A DNA stretch of 64,000 bases from Eledone cirrhosa (taxonomy: Eukaryota), in NCBI GenBank assembly GCA_964016885.1, contig OZ024742.1:78244001-78308000 (forward strand), given 5' to 3'. The notes below the pieces were generated by a model. The model did not search any database. It worked only from the letters and a program-made list of their open reading frames with translations, and was not told the origin of the DNA. Made by a program: the position numbers and the translations under genes. Below are positions 63,180 through 64,000 of the stretch, piece after piece (the stretch's first letter is position 1; each line of letters opens with the position of its first letter).

Positions 63180-63387
63180 ATGTAAAATAATTAAGTCAAA
63201 TAAGTAAAATTTGGCTTTGTTTATTATAAATTATAGATATACTGGTATATATATTTCGGTGACAGCCATCATTCGGACTGCCTGAAGACGTCACAGCCAA
63301 TGATAGCTGTCACCGAAATATATACACCAGTATATCTATAATTTATAATAAACGAAGCCAAATTTTACCTATTTGACTTAATTATTT

Positions 63388-63392
<5 letters not shown>
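63180..63392 (+). mobile_element. Miniature fold-back PLE-like end (94-bp arms, 25-nt spacer)
   Basis: 63180-63273 is the near reverse complement of 63299-63392; the right end runs into (TA)n; an HHR spans the spacer and right arm. Confidence 0.7.
63277..63331 (+). ncRNA. Hammerhead ribozyme (slightly decayed)
   Basis: ACTGc-CTGAAGA-cGTcACAGCc-aatgat-aGCTGTcACc-GAAA-TATATA-CA-cCAGT; the left-arm copy restores TA at the cleavage site and one stem II pair. Confidence 0.6.
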
Positions 63393-63475
<83 letters not shown>

Positions 63476-63928
63476 CATACAGGAATGGTTTTATATAGCA
63501 AACAGTTTCATTCTCATTAGAATTTCAATGTACTAAGTCGCTGATAGAGAAATGTCCTTAAATAGGAAACATTACGGTGAAAAACATAGTGAGAAAAAAA
63601 AACGTTGCTAGAAAAACAATTGATGGAAACATTTGCATGTAATCTTTAAATACTGTAGAATGAAAGTAATTCACGTATTATTCAGAGATTATTGTTTTCT
63701 CGTCAGTAGATAACTACCCTATGAGTCTCTTTACAGGGAAAACTTACAATAGCATGAAGGTAATCTCTCACGTGTTTGTATGGTGTTGATTTTTTTAGTT
63801 CATGTACAAAATCATAGTAGAAAGTTTTTACATTTCATTCTTTTTAGAGAGAAAGCATCTAATTTTATTTAAAATTTGTAGATTTATTTACATTTAATTT
63901 ACTTTGAATCTTCTAATATAAGATTATT

Positions 63929-64000
63929 ATCCCGCCGAGGTTAACTTTGCCTTTCATCCTTACGGGGTCGAAAAAATAAAGTACCAGTAATGCACTGAGT
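63929..64000 (+). mobile_element. tRNA-derived SINE (5'-truncated, runs off the window)
   Basis: atcccgccgaggttaactttgcctttcatccttacggggtcga. Confidence 0.85.

Overview
Eukaryotic, AT-rich, microsatellite-dense DNA made almost entirely of transposable elements. The SINE sequences and repeat landscape suggest a cephalopod, probably Octopus; this is inferred from remembered SINE sequence, not from a search. No host gene can be supported. Main contents: (1) A 4.5-kb Penelope-like element (PLE) at 12660-17187 with ~1.56-kb inverted arms, a hammerhead ribozyme (HHR) near each outer end, and an uninterrupted 389-aa GIY-YIG endonuclease ORF with no reverse transcriptase (RT). (2) Several more HHR-bearing mini-cassettes and fold-backs, mostly beside (TA)n. 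(3) A 21-kb cluster (22.4-43.6 kb) of Tx1-like LINEs (all +) and R4/Dong-like RT-REL LINEs (all -), joined mostly at (ATT)n tracts. (4) More R4-like, RTE and CR1/Jockey relics, many tRNA-derived SINEs and a hAT-like MITE. (5) A covarying helix/pseudoknot motif shared by the 5' UTR of an R4-like element and an RTE-like element. All folds and alignments were done by eye, and boundaries of degenerate elements are approximate.
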